Shown here one piece after another: positions 18,801 to 29,175 of a DNA stretch of 64,000 nucleotides; the first letter of the stretch is position 1, and each line of letters starts with the position of its first letter. The DNA is taken from assembly GCA_003249225.1 (NCBI GenBank), contig QKJQ01000023.1, positions 70,373 through 134,372 of the forward strand, written 5' to 3'. The notes beneath the pieces are model-generated. The model was not told where the DNA came from. It did not search any database and worked only from the letters and a program-made list of their open reading frames with translations. Source of the DNA: Clostridia bacterium (GTDB taxonomy: Bacteria > Bacillota > Clostridia > Lachnospirales > Lachnospiraceae). Position numbers and translations under genes: made by a program.

Positions 18801-19025
18801 TACTTCCTGTGACATCACAAGATAGGCAGCTACGCCATTTACCGAAACTTTATCATAGTTTGTTCCCGGCCCGGTCCTTATATTCAGAACACTGGCATTA
18901 CAAATTCCTTTCGTTCCTGCTGCCTCAGCTTCTTTTGAATAAGACTGAGCAAAAAGTGGCAAGACCATGCACAGACATAATAACAGCGCCACCGCTTTTC
19001 CTTTATTTCTGGTCAGATACCCCAT
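15846..19025 (-). CDS. Cell-wall hydrolase: six SH3b repeats with PT linkers, an N-acetylglucosaminidase (GH73-like) domain and a cadherin-like domain
   Basis: The start at 19025 (MGYLTRNKGK, signal peptide) has SD AAGAGGAAG; the ORF-track start at 19136 was rejected. There are six repeats of the type ...LN(I/L)R.G......WY.(I/V)......GY(V/M). The linkers are TPTPTPKPTATPTP. The glucosaminidase-like core includes YAQTFVEAAKYSNVSPYHLASRVKQE. Confidence 0.7.
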   Translation of the reverse strand: MGYLTRNKGKAVALLLCLCMVLPLFAQSYSKEAEAAGTKGICNASVLNIRTGPGTNYDKVSVNGVAAYLVMSQEVEILSEISGWYEINAVFNGTTVHGYAYSIYITKTEAAVTATPTPKPTATPTPTSASNYASDADFELPGTVNATVLNLRSGATTASTKLGSATYGTNVYVLNQEVDGSDIWYRVAVELDSKMQVGYMYSDYVTLSTDRSFYLKTSANNVVLYTDTSDASSTLKEKDGTEIVLIKSRLLWVLNEVTANGTKWFYVKLTISGTKYYGYVKASDVLLYGYGTSAGTSSATPTPTPTPKPTATPTPTAVPTVMIDADEDFQISAYVTATSLNMREKASTSSNVITKLSKDTPVTILNEVTNGTSVWYRVAVKINKKTTIGYVHSSYIRLSSDDVVPAKILAKTKILSDSNSNAVYVKDSKGNILSLKAGTLVSILAEVNEDNVDWYEIKYASSATSYIGYVATSNVSFTSATPTPTPTLTPTPSPKPTATPTPAVTATPTPSPSPSPSPSPTPTPYTGEATVQNVSSSLIVKDAAGNSGSALRNSTDKAVTINNSKTVTVLGQETVDGVLWYQISFEYYNEPFIGYVNSKYILLPNSAGTDDETDITGSGDTLNEDFETKLSNEGFPESYKVLLRALHAKYPNWEFEAYQTGIDWNTMLANENEVGKNLIPNSKGIQWKSLDSGAYNWKTDSFIVYDGSYWVTVSKNGLAYFVDPRNWLTEDYIFQFEVLTYKEAYQTEAGIENILKNTMFYGTSYSYTDSTTGAVKSLTYAQTFVEAAKYSNVSPYHLASRVKQEVVTGTNTVSDSISGVVAGFEGLFNFYNIGAYNSTVAGGNIANGLKYAQYGSSDAALNLGALIPWTDPYRAIVGGAYILGSNYINRGQDTIYLQKFNMTKTSTYYHQYMSNVEAPYAEGKKVFAAYGSTVSSLPIVFSIPVYLNMPSTASPVPTTAYNPNNWLKTLTVKDSSSNSLALTPSFDIATDQEYYLIVDNSCASVTLSGTTVSTKASLSGGGTSPLIVGTNRLTLSVIAENGNVREYVVNVVREAPSQQ

Positions 19026-19466
19026 ATTCTTCCTCTTTTCTCTTTGAATATCATTTCTTGTATTCTGTTTCTTACTATAATGAACCGGTTCATTATCGTC
19101 AGTACCTAAAATTATGATACTAGGCTCAAAAGTCAAGTTTGTTCAGGAAAGCATAAATCCTGTTGCTTTTTGACCCCGGTAATTTATTATCAGTGTATTC
19201 ACATTGTTTGGCAAATATACCTGAAAAATATGGCACTTCTGTGGCATGTTTTCCATAACCAGTACGCTAGTTCATTTTCTCAATAATAACCACTATATAT
19301 TGTAATATACTTTGTTCAAAACAGCAAGATAGCAGATAAAAAAAGAAAGCTTGGGCAAATTATTCTAACTGCCAAAGCCTTCTGTATTTATTATGATTAT
19401 GTAGGATGCTCTCATCCTGCTGGTTTTTTTCGAAACGTCATTCTTCCTTACGTTCGTACCAAAATC

Positions 19467-20720
19467 CTATGAAAACAAAGGATAGGTATCTGTCAGTACT
19501 TTTACTAAAGAAACAACTTTTTCTTTGTTTTCCTGTGCATCTTTTGCCATAAGGGATATTGCTTCTGCAATGATATCCATATCTTTAGCATTCATTCCAC
19601 GGGTCGTAACGGCTGCTGTTCCAAGGCGGATACCGCTCGTTACAAAAGGAGAAGCAGGATCATTTGGTACGGAATTTTTATTACAGGTGATGTTCGCTTC
19701 ATCAAGAATATGTTCCATCTCTTTTCCTGTAATGTTAAAGTTCTGCAGATCTACCAGCATAAGATGATTGTCTGTTCCACCGGATACAAGATTAAATCCA
19801 CGTTTGGTAAGTCCAGTTGCCAGAGCTTGTGCATTCTCAACGATCTTTCCGGCATATACTTTGAATTCCGGAGAAAGTGCTTCTTTAAAACATACCGCTT
19901 TTGCTGCTATGACGTGCATCAAAGGCCCTCCCTGTATGCCCGGGAAGATAGCTTTATTCAGCTTATGTTCGTTAGCAAATTCTTCACTGGATAAGATCAG
20001 ACCGCCTCTTGGTCCTCTCAGTGTTTTATGTGTTGTAGTAGTTGTTACATGTGCGTAAGGGATCGGGCTTTCATGATAACCACCCACAACAAGACCTGCA
20101 ATGTGAGCAATATCAGCCATAAGATAAGCACCGACCATATCCGCGATCTCACGGAATTTCTTAAAGTCTATTTTACGGGCATATGCGCTTGCGCCGCAAA
20201 CGATCATCTTTGGCTTGCATTCTTTCGCAATACGCTCCACTTCTGCATAATCAAGATATCCTTCTTTGTTTACACCGTAAGGTACGATGTTAAAGTAGGA
20301 ACCGGAAAAATTAACTGGGCTTCCATGTGATAAATGTCCTCCATGTGCAAGGTTCATGCCCATAACCGTATCGCCCGGCTGTAAAAGAGCAAAAAATACG
20401 GCCATATTTGCCTGTGCTCCTGAGTGTGGCTGAACGTTCGCATACGTACAGGAAAATAATTCTTTTGCACGTTCAATTGCAAGATTCTCTGCAAGATCAA
20501 CAAATTCACATCCACCATAGTAACGTTTTCCAGGATAACCTTCCGCATATTTGTTGGTAAGCGGGCTTCCCATCGCTGCCATAACAGCTTCACTGACAAA
20601 GTTCTCTGATGCGATCAACTCGATATGACTTTCCTGACGACCCATTTCTTTGGATATAGCTTCTGCCAAATCCGGATCTGCTGATTTAATGCTTTCAAAT
20701 GAATACATATTTTTCACCAC
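19467..20720 (-). CDS. glyA: Serine hydroxymethyltransferase
   Basis: 417 aa. PLP-lysine motif [16 protein letters not shown] and overall GlyA collinearity. The exact start is uncertain (GTG 20720, GTG 20717 or ATG 20708). Confidence 0.95.
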   Translation of the reverse strand: MVKNMYSFESIKSADPDLAEAISKEMGRQESHIELIASENFVSEAVMAAMGSPLTNKYAEGYPGKRYYGGCEFVDLAENLAIERAKELFSCTYANVQPHSGAQANMAVFFALLQPGDTVMGMNLAHGGHLSHGSPVNFSGSYFNIVPYGVNKEGYLDYAEVERIAKECKPKMIVCGASAYARKIDFKKFREIADMVGAYLMADIAHIAGLVVGGYHESPIPYAHVTTTTTHKTLRGPRGGLILSSEEFANEHKLNKAIFPGIQGGPLMHVIAAKAVCFKEALSPEFKVYAGKIVENAQALATGLTKRGFNLVSGGTDNHLMLVDLQNFNITGKEMEHILDEANITCNKNSVPNDPASPFVTSGIRLGTAAVTTRGMNAKDMDIIAEAISLMAKDAQENKEKVVSLVKVLTDTYPLFS

Positions 20721-21012
20721 AATCCCTTCTATATTCTTACGTAGTTACGAGCATTGCACTTTCACAGTTTCACCTTTGCAGATATCACAGCGAAACTGCG
20801 CTGTACACTAGCGCTTAGTATACCACATTTCAATATAAAAACAAGGCAATTTAAAGATTTTATCAAAATAACCCGGTGGTATCCTTCTTACCGCCTGTAA
20901 AAGAATTCAAACAGTCTGCTGGTACTTTTTTGAAAAATATGGTATGATGATTCCAGAATGGCTGGCAGTTATTTTTTTCTGCCGTTTTCATTTTATCTGG
21001 GGAGGATTTGTT

Positions 21013-22392
21013 ATGAACCAACAAGACATTGAAGTAATTTTAAAAAAACAAAAAGATTTTTTTGCAACAAATGTAACAAAATCCACGCATTACCGCATTG
21101 AAAGTCTAAAAAGCCTCCGCGCCTGTCTTCTTCGCTACGAAAAAGAGATCGAGGCAGCACTATACGAAGACCTTGGAAAAAGTCATTATGAATCCGTTAT
21201 GACTGAAATCGGAATGGTGCATGATGAATTGAATTATATGATCCATAATATAAAGCGGCTGTCTAAGGCAAAACGAAGGAAAGTATCACTTTCACAGTTT
21301 CCGGCAAAAAGTTATTCTGTTCCGGAACCGTATGGCAATGTTCTTGTCATGAGCCCTTGGAACTACCCATTCCTGCTCAGTATCGATCCGCTTGTAGACG
21401 CGCTGGCGGCAGGAAATACCGTAATACTGAAACCAAGTGCTTATGCTCCGGCAACAAGCAGAATTCTCGTCTCAATAATCAAAGACAGTCTTCCTCCCGA
21501 AGTAGCTACCGTAATTGAAGGTGGAAGAGACATTAATGCTTCTCTGCTTGACTGCAAATTCGATTATATTTTCTTTACCGGAAGTGTGGCAGTCGGCCGT
21601 CTTGTTATGAAAAAAGCATCGGAATTTCTGACGCCTGTAACGCTTGAACTTGGCGGAAAAAGTCCTTGTATCGTGGATGAGACGGCCAATTTGAAAATAG
21701 CAGCAAAACGTATTGTCTTTGGTAAATTTCTTAATCTTGGACAGACCTGCGTTGCTCCTGATTATCTGTTCGTTCATTCTTCCGTAAAAGATGCATTGAT
21801 AGAAGAGATTAAAAATACAATAACAAAATTTCTTGGCAAAATACCTCTTGATAACGAGCATTATGGAAAGATCATCAACGAAAAGCATTTCCAGCGCCTG
21901 CTTGGTCTTATGGAAGGAGAAACCATACTTGTTGGCGGTGAGTATGACAGTAAGCTGCGAATTGCACCAACTCTTCTCGATCACATAACAGCAGACAGTC
22001 CCTGCATGCAGGAAGAGATCTTTGGACCTATCCTTCCGGTGCTTACCTTTGATGCTTTTGGAGATGTCGTAAACTTTGTTAAGGAACGTCCAAAACCTCT
22101 GGCTCTCTATCTTTTCACACAGAGCAAAGAGCGCATGGAATCCATGAATACCACATTTAGCTTTGGCGGTGGCTGTATCAATGACACTGTCCTTCACCTT
22201 GCCTCCTCTTATAACGGCTTTGGTGGAGTAGGAGAAAGCGGAATGGGCAGTTACCATGGAGAAGACGGCTTCATAACTTTCTCACACAGAAAGAATCTCC
22301 TTCACAAAAAACTTTACCCGGATGTCGGAATAAGGTATCATCCATATACCCGCAAGAAGCTGCGCACCCTAAAGAGATTTCTGCATATGTAG
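21013..22392 (+). CDS. Aldehyde dehydrogenase, class-3-like NAD(P)+ dependent
   Basis: SD GGAGGA lies 6 nt before the ATG at 21013. Motifs ELGGKSP and the catalytic Cys in GQTCVAPDY. Confidence 0.85.
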   Translation: MNQQDIEVILKKQKDFFATNVTKSTHYRIESLKSLRACLLRYEKEIEAALYEDLGKSHYESVMTEIGMVHDELNYMIHNIKRLSKAKRRKVSLSQFPAKSYSVPEPYGNVLVMSPWNYPFLLSIDPLVDALAAGNTVILKPSAYAPATSRILVSIIKDSLPPEVATVIEGGRDINASLLDCKFDYIFFTGSVAVGRLVMKKASEFLTPVTLELGGKSPCIVDETANLKIAAKRIVFGKFLNLGQTCVAPDYLFVHSSVKDALIEEIKNTITKFLGKIPLDNEHYGKIINEKHFQRLLGLMEGETILVGGEYDSKLRIAPTLLDHITADSPCMQEEIFGPILPVLTFDAFGDVVNFVKERPKPLALYLFTQSKERMESMNTTFSFGGGCINDTVLHLASSYNGFGGVGESGMGSYHGEDGFITFSHRKNLLHKKLYPDVGIRYHPYTRKKLRTLKRFLHM

Positions 22393-22428
22393 GTTTTGTA
22401 TCAGCATTTTTATCCTTACAATTAAAAT

Positions 22429-22491
22429 AAGCGTGTGATTTATCTTATTTGATGCGAAGTATCACATCAAAGATTCCATAATCACACGCTT
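22429..22491. terminator. Long hairpin between the convergent aldehyde dehydrogenase and purD genes
   Basis: 12-bp arms aagcgtgtgatt / aatcacacgctt enclose an inner hairpin tttgatg/catcaaa. T-rich sequence follows on the plus strand. Confidence 0.55.
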
Positions 22492-22552
22492 TTCTTTTAT
22501 TATCATCACATTTACCGTACCGTAAAATAAGCTCCTTGAGAACAGAAAATGT

Positions 22553-23833
22553 CTACAGTATAGCCGCTCCAATGTCCGATCTCATATACTTGTTCTCAAA
22601 GTCGACCCAGGCTGTCGCCTCATACGCTTTCTTTCTTGCTTCTTTCAGCGTTGCTCCCTTTGCTGTTACACCAAGTACACGTCCACCGTTGGTAACGACT
22701 CTGCCAGCCTCATCGAATTTAGAACCGGCGTGAAAAAGGAAATAATCTTCCTTGCCACTGAAGTTCTCCTGACCCGTAATCTCGAATCCTTTTTGATAGG
22801 ATACCGGGTATCCGTCTGATGCCAGTACTACTACCACAGCAGCATTGTCTTCAAATTCAAGTTCGATCTGATCAAGTTTCTGATCGATACAGGCTTCGAA
22901 TACTTCAATGATATCATTCTTCATTCTCGGAAGAACAACCTGTGTCTCCGGATCACCAAACCGTGCATTGTATTCAAGAACTTTTGGAACAATCTTTCCG
23001 TCCTCCCTGGTCAGCATCAGACCAAAGAATATAATGCCCTGAAAGGTTCTGCCTTCAGATTTCATGGCATCTACGGTAGCCTGATACACATATTTCTGGC
23101 AAAATGCATCCACTTCATCCGTATAGAAGGGGCTGGGAGAAAAGGCTCCCATACCGCCTGTATTCAGTCCTTCGTCATTGTCTTTGGCACGTTTGTGATC
23201 CTGTGCAGATGTCATGATACGGATGGTATTTCCATCAACAAATGAAAGAACCGATACTTCCCTTCCTGTCATGAACTCTTCGATGACAATACTGTCACCG
23301 GCGCTGCCAAACTCTTTATCTTCCATCAGCGTTTTTACGCCAGCCTTTGCCTCCTCAAGAGTATTGCAGATAAGCACTCCTTTTCCAAGTGCAAGACCGT
23401 CTGCTTTTAGTACGATGGGGATTTTGGCTGTCTCCAGATAAGTTAAAGCTTCCTTTGGATCAGAAAATGTTGCATATTCCGCTGTCGGGATATTGTATTT
23501 CTTCATCAGATCCTTGGAAAATGCTTTGGAACCCTCCAGAATGGCTGCATTCTTTCTTGGTCCAAAAACGCGGAGTCCTCTTGCTTCAAATACGTCAACA
23601 GCTCCGCCTACCAGCGGATCGTCCGGTCCGACTACAGTCAGGTCAATCTCATTTGCAGCCGCAAATTCTGCCAGTTTTTCAAACTCCATGGCTCCAATCG
23701 GAACACAGGTCGCTATTTCTTCAATGCCCGCATTTCCTGGTGCACAGTATATCTTTGTGACCTTTGGACTCTTTGCAACTTTCCAGGCAATCGCATGTTC
23801 TCTTCCACCGCTACCAATGATTAAAACCTTCAT
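22553..23833 (-). CDS. purD: Phosphoribosylamine-glycine ligase
   Basis: MKVLIIGSGGREHA N-terminus and ATP-grasp layout. SD GGAGGAG precedes the ATG at 23833. Confidence 0.95.
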   Translation of the reverse strand: MKVLIIGSGGREHAIAWKVAKSPKVTKIYCAPGNAGIEEIATCVPIGAMEFEKLAEFAAANEIDLTVVGPDDPLVGGAVDVFEARGLRVFGPRKNAAILEGSKAFSKDLMKKYNIPTAEYATFSDPKEALTYLETAKIPIVLKADGLALGKGVLICNTLEEAKAGVKTLMEDKEFGSAGDSIVIEEFMTGREVSVLSFVDGNTIRIMTSAQDHKRAKDNDEGLNTGGMGAFSPSPFYTDEVDAFCQKYVYQATVDAMKSEGRTFQGIIFFGLMLTREDGKIVPKVLEYNARFGDPETQVVLPRMKNDIIEVFEACIDQKLDQIELEFEDNAAVVVVLASDGYPVSYQKGFEITGQENFSGKEDYFLFHAGSKFDEAGRVVTNGGRVLGVTAKGATLKEARKKAYEATAWVDFENKYMRSDIGAAIL

Positions 23834-23900
23834 ATTCTCCTCCAATTTGCATTGACTTCATTATACATTCACGATTAGAGTCTTCTCCAAAAGTACAGAA

Positions 23901-24527
23901 TCACTCCGCAATCCAGACTGCTTTGTTCTCATGTACAACCCTGTTGTTGGCAATCGCATCAATTGCTTTTGGAAGAAGAATCCACTCCGCCTCTTCCATA
24001 ACGCGCTGCTGCAATTCCTGCGGGGTATCACCGTTTTCTACCATAACAGCTTTCTGCAGAAGAATCGGTCCGGTATCCGTCCCTTCATCTACAAAATGAA
24101 CGGTCGCACCGGTTATTTTAACACCACGCGCAAGTACGGCTTCATGAACGTGAATACCATAACATCCTGTACCGCAAAAGGAAGGGATCAGGGATGGATG
24201 AATGTTGATTATTTTATTACGGTATTTCTCAATCAAAACCACCGGGACAATAGGCAGGTATCCTGCAAGCACGATCAGATCCGGCTGATAATTCGATAAT
24301 GCTTTTAAGAGTGCCTGATGATAGGACTCTGCATCCATGTAGGATTTTTTACTGATGCTGCAGCATGGGATGTCATTTTCTTTTGCACGGGTAAGTGCAT
24401 AGACATCCGGCTTACTGCTGATTACACCGGTTATCGTTGTGTTTGTAATTTTCCCTTTGTTGATCGCGTCAATGACTGCCTGAAGATTGGTACCCCCACC
24501 GGAAACCATTACTACGATATTTAGCAT
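23901..24527 (-). CDS. purN: Phosphoribosylglycinamide formyltransferase
   Basis: [11 protein letters not shown]-terminus, HPSLIP motif, 208 aa. It overlaps the purM stop by 7 nt. Confidence 0.9.
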   Translation of the reverse strand: MLNIVVMVSGGGTNLQAVIDAINKGKITNTTITGVISSKPDVYALTRAKENDIPCCSISKKSYMDAESYHQALLKALSNYQPDLIVLAGYLPIVPVVLIEKYRNKIINIHPSLIPSFCGTGCYGIHVHEAVLARGVKITGATVHFVDEGTDTGPILLQKAVMVENGDTPQELQQRVMEEAEWILLPKAIDAIANNRVVHENKAVWIAE

Positions 24528-25546
24528 AATGTAATTCCCTTCTCACCTGAGATGATTTCTCCGACTACATAAGCTTTTTCCCCAGCTGCCTCAAGTGTTT
24601 TCAAAGCCTGATCAACATCATTTTTATCAACAGCAACCATCATGCCAATTCCCATATTATAGGTGTTATACATAATCGGCTCCTGAATGGCACCGTCATG
24701 CTGAAGCATATTGAAAATGGAAGGAATCGGATAACTGTTCTTTCGTATTACTGCATTGGTTCCTTCCTTCAGCATTCTCGGAATGTTCTCATAGAAGCCA
24801 CCCCCAGTGATATGAGAGCAGGCTTTTACAGTAATCTTATTCTCACGAAGGCTCTTCATTGCTTTTACATAGATCCTGGTCGGTGTAAGAAGCGATTCTC
24901 CCAGAGTTTCTCCAAGACTTTCATAATAGGTATCCAGGGCTTCTCTCTTCATATTGAATACACGGCGGACAAGAGAATAGCCATTGCTGTGAATACCGGA
25001 AGAAGCAATGCCGATAATCACGTCACCTGCTGTAAGATTATCACCGGTTATCATCTCTTTTTTGTCTACAATACCAACGGCAAAGCCGGCAAGATCATAC
25101 TCATCAACAGGATAAAAACCAGGCATTTCTGCCGTCTCTCCGCCAATCAGCGCTGAACTCGCAAGTGTACATCCTTTCGCCACACCGCTTACGATTGTAG
25201 CAATACGTTCTGGTTCATTCTTGCCGCATGCAATATAGTCAAGGAAAAACAACGGTTCTCCTCCGGCACATGCAATATCATTTACACACATGGCAACACA
25301 GTCGATTCCGATCGTATCATGCTTATCCAGTATAAATGCAATCTTTAACTTTGTACCGACACCATCGGTACCGGACACCAGGATTGGTTCCTCCATCCCC
25401 ATAAAGGATTTTAATGAAAAGGCACCTGAAAATCCGCCAATCTTTGTTAAAACTTCAGGTCTCATGGTCTTTTGAATGTGTTCCTTCATCAGTTCAACCG
25501 CTTTGTAACCGGCTTCAATATCAACGCCTGCTTTCTTATAATCCAT
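24521..25546 (-). CDS. purM: Phosphoribosylformylglycinamidine cyclo-ligase (AIR synthetase)
   Basis: Motifs DYKKAGVDI and DGVGTK. SD GGAGG precedes the ATG at 25546. Confidence 0.95.
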   Translation of the reverse strand: MDYKKAGVDIEAGYKAVELMKEHIQKTMRPEVLTKIGGFSGAFSLKSFMGMEEPILVSGTDGVGTKLKIAFILDKHDTIGIDCVAMCVNDIACAGGEPLFFLDYIACGKNEPERIATIVSGVAKGCTLASSALIGGETAEMPGFYPVDEYDLAGFAVGIVDKKEMITGDNLTAGDVIIGIASSGIHSNGYSLVRRVFNMKREALDTYYESLGETLGESLLTPTRIYVKAMKSLRENKITVKACSHITGGGFYENIPRMLKEGTNAVIRKNSYPIPSIFNMLQHDGAIQEPIMYNTYNMGIGMMVAVDKNDVDQALKTLEAAGEKAYVVGEIISGEKGITLC

Positions 25547-25562
25547 ATCCTGCCTCCAACTA

Positions 25563-26063
25563 TTAATATTCTTTGTATCCTGTTGTTTCAATACGCTCTT
25601 TTTTCTTTAGCACGCCTGCTTTCAGTTCTTCTTTGTAAGCCTTTACTTTTTTAAGCAGTTCTGCATCGGACGCTGCAAGAATCTTAGCAGCAAGAATTCC
25701 TGCATTGGCAGCTCCGTCAATGGCAACCGTTGCTACCGGAATTCCGGATGGCATCTGTACAATAGAATACAGGGAATCTGTTCCTCCCAGTGCTTTTGTA
25801 GAGATTGGAACGCCAATGACCGGCAAAGGAAAGATTGCTGCTGTCATACCCGGAAGATGTGCAGCTCCGCCAGCTCCGGCAATAATCACCTTATATCCTT
25901 TTTCTTCTGCTTTTTCTGCATAATCATAAAATACATCTGGCATTCTGTGTGCGGAAATGATCGTCATATCGTACTCAATGCCGAACATTTCTAATATCTC
26001 AGCCGCTTTTTTCATGATTGGAAGATCTGAATCACTTCCCATAACAATTCCTACTTTTGCCAT
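25563..26063 (-). CDS. purE: 5-(carboxyamino)imidazole ribonucleotide mutase
   Basis: [23 protein letters not shown]. The start at 26063 has SD AAAGGTAGG. Confidence 0.95.
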   Translation of the reverse strand: MAKVGIVMGSDSDLPIMKKAAEILEMFGIEYDMTIISAHRMPDVFYDYAEKAEEKGYKVIIAGAGGAAHLPGMTAAIFPLPVIGVPISTKALGGTDSLYSIVQMPSGIPVATVAIDGAANAGILAAKILAASDAELLKKVKAYKEELKAGVLKKKERIETTGYKEY

Positions 26064-26125
26064 AAATCTGCCTACCTTTCTTTCTGCCAGCGTAAGTGGC
26101 AGACACAAGATCTGTGCCTGAAATT

Positions 26126-28231
26126 TTATTTTACATCTTCATGTAATGCATCATTTAAGCGTTCTGTTCCTTTTAATACGAACAGTCCGTCTTTTATAAT
26201 ATCCACCGAAGTACCATCTTTATGTAAAATGGTGATTGCTCCGATCTCATCATAAGGAATCGTTATATCCGTATGACAATTATAATAGGCTTTTTCAATC
26301 TCTGTCTTCCGAAGTATCGAAACCTCATTATCCCGTGCGACAATTTCCTTACCGTCACGATTGTAGACTTTATGATCCTCGCTCATATGATAGCAGGTAT
26401 CTCCGACTGCAAAATGCGGACCGGTCTTTTCTGCGATCAGTATCGGCAGCTTCGCCTGTATGTTGAATTTTCTACCCATAACATAAGCTCTGGTGTTCGT
26501 TCCAATTGCAAACTCGCCAAGCGCAAGAGTTTCCTGATTCATCAGTACATTTTCTTTCACAAACGCTTTATTATCTTTCTCATTATCAAAATTACCACAG
26601 GTATAGGAAGCTATTCTGCCGTCCTTAAATTCCACAGAAAGATTTTTGAACTCCAGACCGTTCAGATAAACACTGCTAACATGCAGAATACCGTTCGTTC
26701 CGGTAAGTTTTGGTGATGTAAATACTTCTCCCACCGGTATGTTTACATCTGCAGTGCAATTCTCAAAGATCGTCTCCTTGGCAGGATTTGTAAGTTCATG
26801 AAGCATTACGATCAGATCCGTCTGGTTTCTGTCGTTTCCTTTTATATGGACAGCGTTCCCAAGATCCAGCGCATCGATCAGACTCTGCTGGATTTCGTAA
26901 TACATATCATTATCTAAGGTATTGATTTTCACAGTCTCTGCAAAAATTGCTTCAAATTCATCCCCGATGGATGGAAGCGGATAAGCAATGATCGTAAAAG
27001 AGGTCTCTTCCTGCTTGATGTAGTTCATGCTTAAGATCCCGGCATCACGCTTATACTCGTTCAGAATCTTTTCCTGCTCCGAAGATAATTTGGCTGCCTG
27101 AGGTTTTGCCTTTGGCTGGAAATCAGGTTCCCCGAATGTCTCAAGTACAGCAGGCCCTGCAAACTGGGCTGCTTCTTCCTTAAACTTTTCCATGGCATTC
27201 TTATAACAGTCAAGCTTATGCTCCTTAAAACGATTGTCAAGGAAGATCGCCTGATCAAATCTGTGATCATACTCATATTGCGGATTCGGGCTTGTTGTAT
27301 GGAACCCCGTTTTTCTACCGGGTGTACTATTAATTACATCCACCGGGTTACGAAATACCGTAACTTTCTTATCGTACGAAGAAAAGTATTCCATTGCCAT
27401 CTTCATCATTCTTTCAAATCCGATAAAATAACGGATGGAGACTATGGATTTCTTATCAAAATCAGCACCCATTACCTGAAAGCCCCTTCGGTATCCATCG
27501 GTATAGGTAAAGCTCATCGCACGAACTTCTTCCTCCGTCATTTGATTCAGAAAATTGGCTATACGGATTTCATTTTCCGTAATGTATTCCCCAAAGAGAT
27601 ACAAGTACCTTATATCGGAAAGATCAACCTTCTCGATCAGGTCCGCAGCAAAAGAATAAGAGGGATCCAGCATCTCTTTTGTTTTCAGCTCCATGAATAT
27701 CTCGCTGTAATCATGTGCATAATAATAGATTGCCTCGCGGATTTCATTCTCCATAGACTCCTGCAGATCAGGATATTTTTCGATATCTGCACAGTAAGAC
27801 TCTGCTATATTATATATTTCGATAAAAAGTTCCGACACAACAGTCAGATCAAAATGCCGCTGTTCAAAAACTCTTGGAATCGAGGCACGTATCTCTGCAT
27901 AAAGAAAGGTCAGGTAATGTCCGGTGTTCTCTCCAAACTGTGCAACCGCATACTCCGGATTACCAAAACAGCGGTCATAATTCTTTGGCAGTATATCTTC
28001 GTAAAGCTCTCTGTTCACAGCCTGAAGCTCCTGCAACGGACAGCTGTTATAATATCCTTCCTGTACTTGATCTGAAATCTCATACAGGCGAAGAATAAAT
28101 TTAGATAATTTCGTAAAGTATTCCAAATAAGGAGTTGGTACGCTTTTTTCATTTACCATTCCCTGCAGTCTCTCCCTGCATAAAGCTCTTCGTTCTTCCA
28201 GTATCTGATTCTCTTCTGAAAATATATTCAT
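26126..28231 (-). CDS. Two-domain M29 (aminopeptidase T / AmpS)-like aminopeptidase
   Basis: The C-terminal half carries M29-like blocks [32 protein letters not shown] and HTDITIP. I recognise no family for the N-terminal ~380 aa. Confidence 0.55.
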   Translation of the reverse strand: MNIFSEENQILEERRALCRERLQGMVNEKSVPTPYLEYFTKLSKFILRLYEISDQVQEGYYNSCPLQELQAVNRELYEDILPKNYDRCFGNPEYAVAQFGENTGHYLTFLYAEIRASIPRVFEQRHFDLTVVSELFIEIYNIAESYCADIEKYPDLQESMENEIREAIYYYAHDYSEIFMELKTKEMLDPSYSFAADLIEKVDLSDIRYLYLFGEYITENEIRIANFLNQMTEEEVRAMSFTYTDGYRRGFQVMGADFDKKSIVSIRYFIGFERMMKMAMEYFSSYDKKVTVFRNPVDVINSTPGRKTGFHTTSPNPQYEYDHRFDQAIFLDNRFKEHKLDCYKNAMEKFKEEAAQFAGPAVLETFGEPDFQPKAKPQAAKLSSEQEKILNEYKRDAGILSMNYIKQEETSFTIIAYPLPSIGDEFEAIFAETVKINTLDNDMYYEIQQSLIDALDLGNAVHIKGNDRNQTDLIVMLHELTNPAKETIFENCTADVNIPVGEVFTSPKLTGTNGILHVSSVYLNGLEFKNLSVEFKDGRIASYTCGNFDNEKDNKAFVKENVLMNQETLALGEFAIGTNTRAYVMGRKFNIQAKLPILIAEKTGPHFAVGDTCYHMSEDHKVYNRDGKEIVARDNEVSILRKTEIEKAYYNCHTDITIPYDEIGAITILHKDGTSVDIIKDGLFVLKGTERLNDALHEDVK

Positions 28232-28290
28232 CTTCTATCACTACCCTTTCTGTCTGTACCCATACGGATACATTATTTATAGTTTCTCCA

Positions 28291-28614
28291 TCATATCCCG
28301 ACAATGTACAGGCTAAGGAGTAAAATCATCATCAGACCATTGAGCAACGTTGCCAATACCGGAACGACAAAGTAGATATCCTGTTCTTTCAGACTGCGAA
28401 TCGCCAGAACAAAACCTGTAACAGCAGCAGCAAAAAGCAGAAGACCAACGATACCCAGTATACTTCCTCCGTTCCCGGCCGTCCTGCTTGACACTACAGT
28501 CATGGCAAGAATTCCGGCAATCTCCAGAAATGCAAGGGTCAATGCGCTTACGCCCTGCACGGATTGTTTTCTTCCTTTAAATTGTAATGCCTGCTTTTTA
28601 CCCTCTTTTTTCAT
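28291..28614 (-). CDS. Small membrane protein (DUF6142-like)
   Basis: 107 aa. Basic N-terminus followed by three hydrophobic helices. The DUF6142 resemblance is from memory only. Confidence 0.5.
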   Translation of the reverse strand: MKKEGKKQALQFKGRKQSVQGVSALTLAFLEIAGILAMTVVSSRTAGNGGSILGIVGLLLFAAAVTGFVLAIRSLKEQDIYFVVPVLATLLNGLMMILLLSLYIVGI

Positions 28615-29129
28615 GATCCCTCCTGCCCAATGTTTGCCGGATCATGAGTTCCGGTGGAATGTAAAAGACCTGCTCTGGCAGTATGAACGATTCTGTAAAT
28701 GAAAAACCCGATGCATCCACCCAGCGAATTTAAAAAGATGTCATCCACATCGAATATTCCAACGCGGAAAATCAATTGAATTACTTCTATTGTCAGACTT
28801 AGTAAGAAAGCAGAACACAGTACCGTCAGAAATCCTGCACGTTTTCTGGTGTACAACGGAAGAAAATACCCAAACGGCATGAGCACCATAACATTGCCGC
28901 CCAGATTAATGAACACACTCTTCCAGCCGATTTCCAGATGATATTCCAAGTACCGGGTAATCTCATTGAACAGCTTCAGATTATACTGATAACCTTGCGT
29001 TCCTTCTGTTCTGCCAAATGATTCACTAAAGAACAAAAAATATGCTAAAACAACAAAATATATAAGAAAAGGAAGATACTCCAGCACACCGAAAAACTTC
29101 CCACGCTTTTTTTTATTTCCTTTTTTCAT
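28611..29129 (-). CDS. VanZ family membrane protein
   Basis: NLGGNVMVLMPFGYFLP ... TIEVIQL ... FDVDDIFLNSLGGCIGF is the typical VanZ layout. It has a 4-nt overlap with the downstream gene. Confidence 0.8.
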   Translation of the reverse strand: MKKGNKKKRGKFFGVLEYLPFLIYFVVLAYFLFFSESFGRTEGTQGYQYNLKLFNEITRYLEYHLEIGWKSVFINLGGNVMVLMPFGYFLPLYTRKRAGFLTVLCSAFLLSLTIEVIQLIFRVGIFDVDDIFLNSLGGCIGFFIYRIVHTARAGLLHSTGTHDPANIGQEGS

Positions 29130-29175
29130 GGCCGATTTCCCCCCAAATAAAATGTACAGCCCAAGACACAGTGCA

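Noticed and set aside
19026-19136. ORF-track N-terminal extensions (19136, 20944, 23845, 25591, 26108, 29250, 37971, 39866, 40486, 42276, 43546, 53316, 56316, 56977, 58293)
   Set aside because: In each case an internal start has a clear Shine-Dalgarno at 5-9 nt and yields the canonical family N-terminus or a signal peptide. The longer form lacks an SD or overlaps the upstream gene.
20875-20895. T-box-like GGTGGTA sequence upstream of the aldehyde dehydrogenase gene
   Set aside because: It is just one arm of a small hairpin (ggtggta/taccgcc). There is no specifier loop, no AGAGA or GNUGGNA elements, and no terminator/antiterminator pair. The downstream gene is not an aminoacyl-tRNA-related gene.
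21472-22257. Long antisense ORFs inside real genes (21472-22257, 27218-28075, 42563-43222, 44909-45373, 1012-1344, 5021-5434 and others)
   Set aside because: They lie fully within well-supported genes on the opposite strand. They have odd composition, no SD and no recognisable motifs. They are typical shadow ORFs.
26064-26125. Purine riboswitch or PurR box upstream of purE
   Set aside because: The gap is only 62 nt and contains none of the conserved purine-riboswitch junction sequences. I see only a 7-bp hairpin.
29104-29126. A8 and A6 homopolymer tracts at the 5' end of the VanZ gene as a phase-variation switch
   Set aside because: They encode the Lys-rich cytoplasmic N-terminus (MKKGNKKKRGK), which is typical for such membrane proteins. 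There is no evidence of frameshifted alleles in this single sequence.
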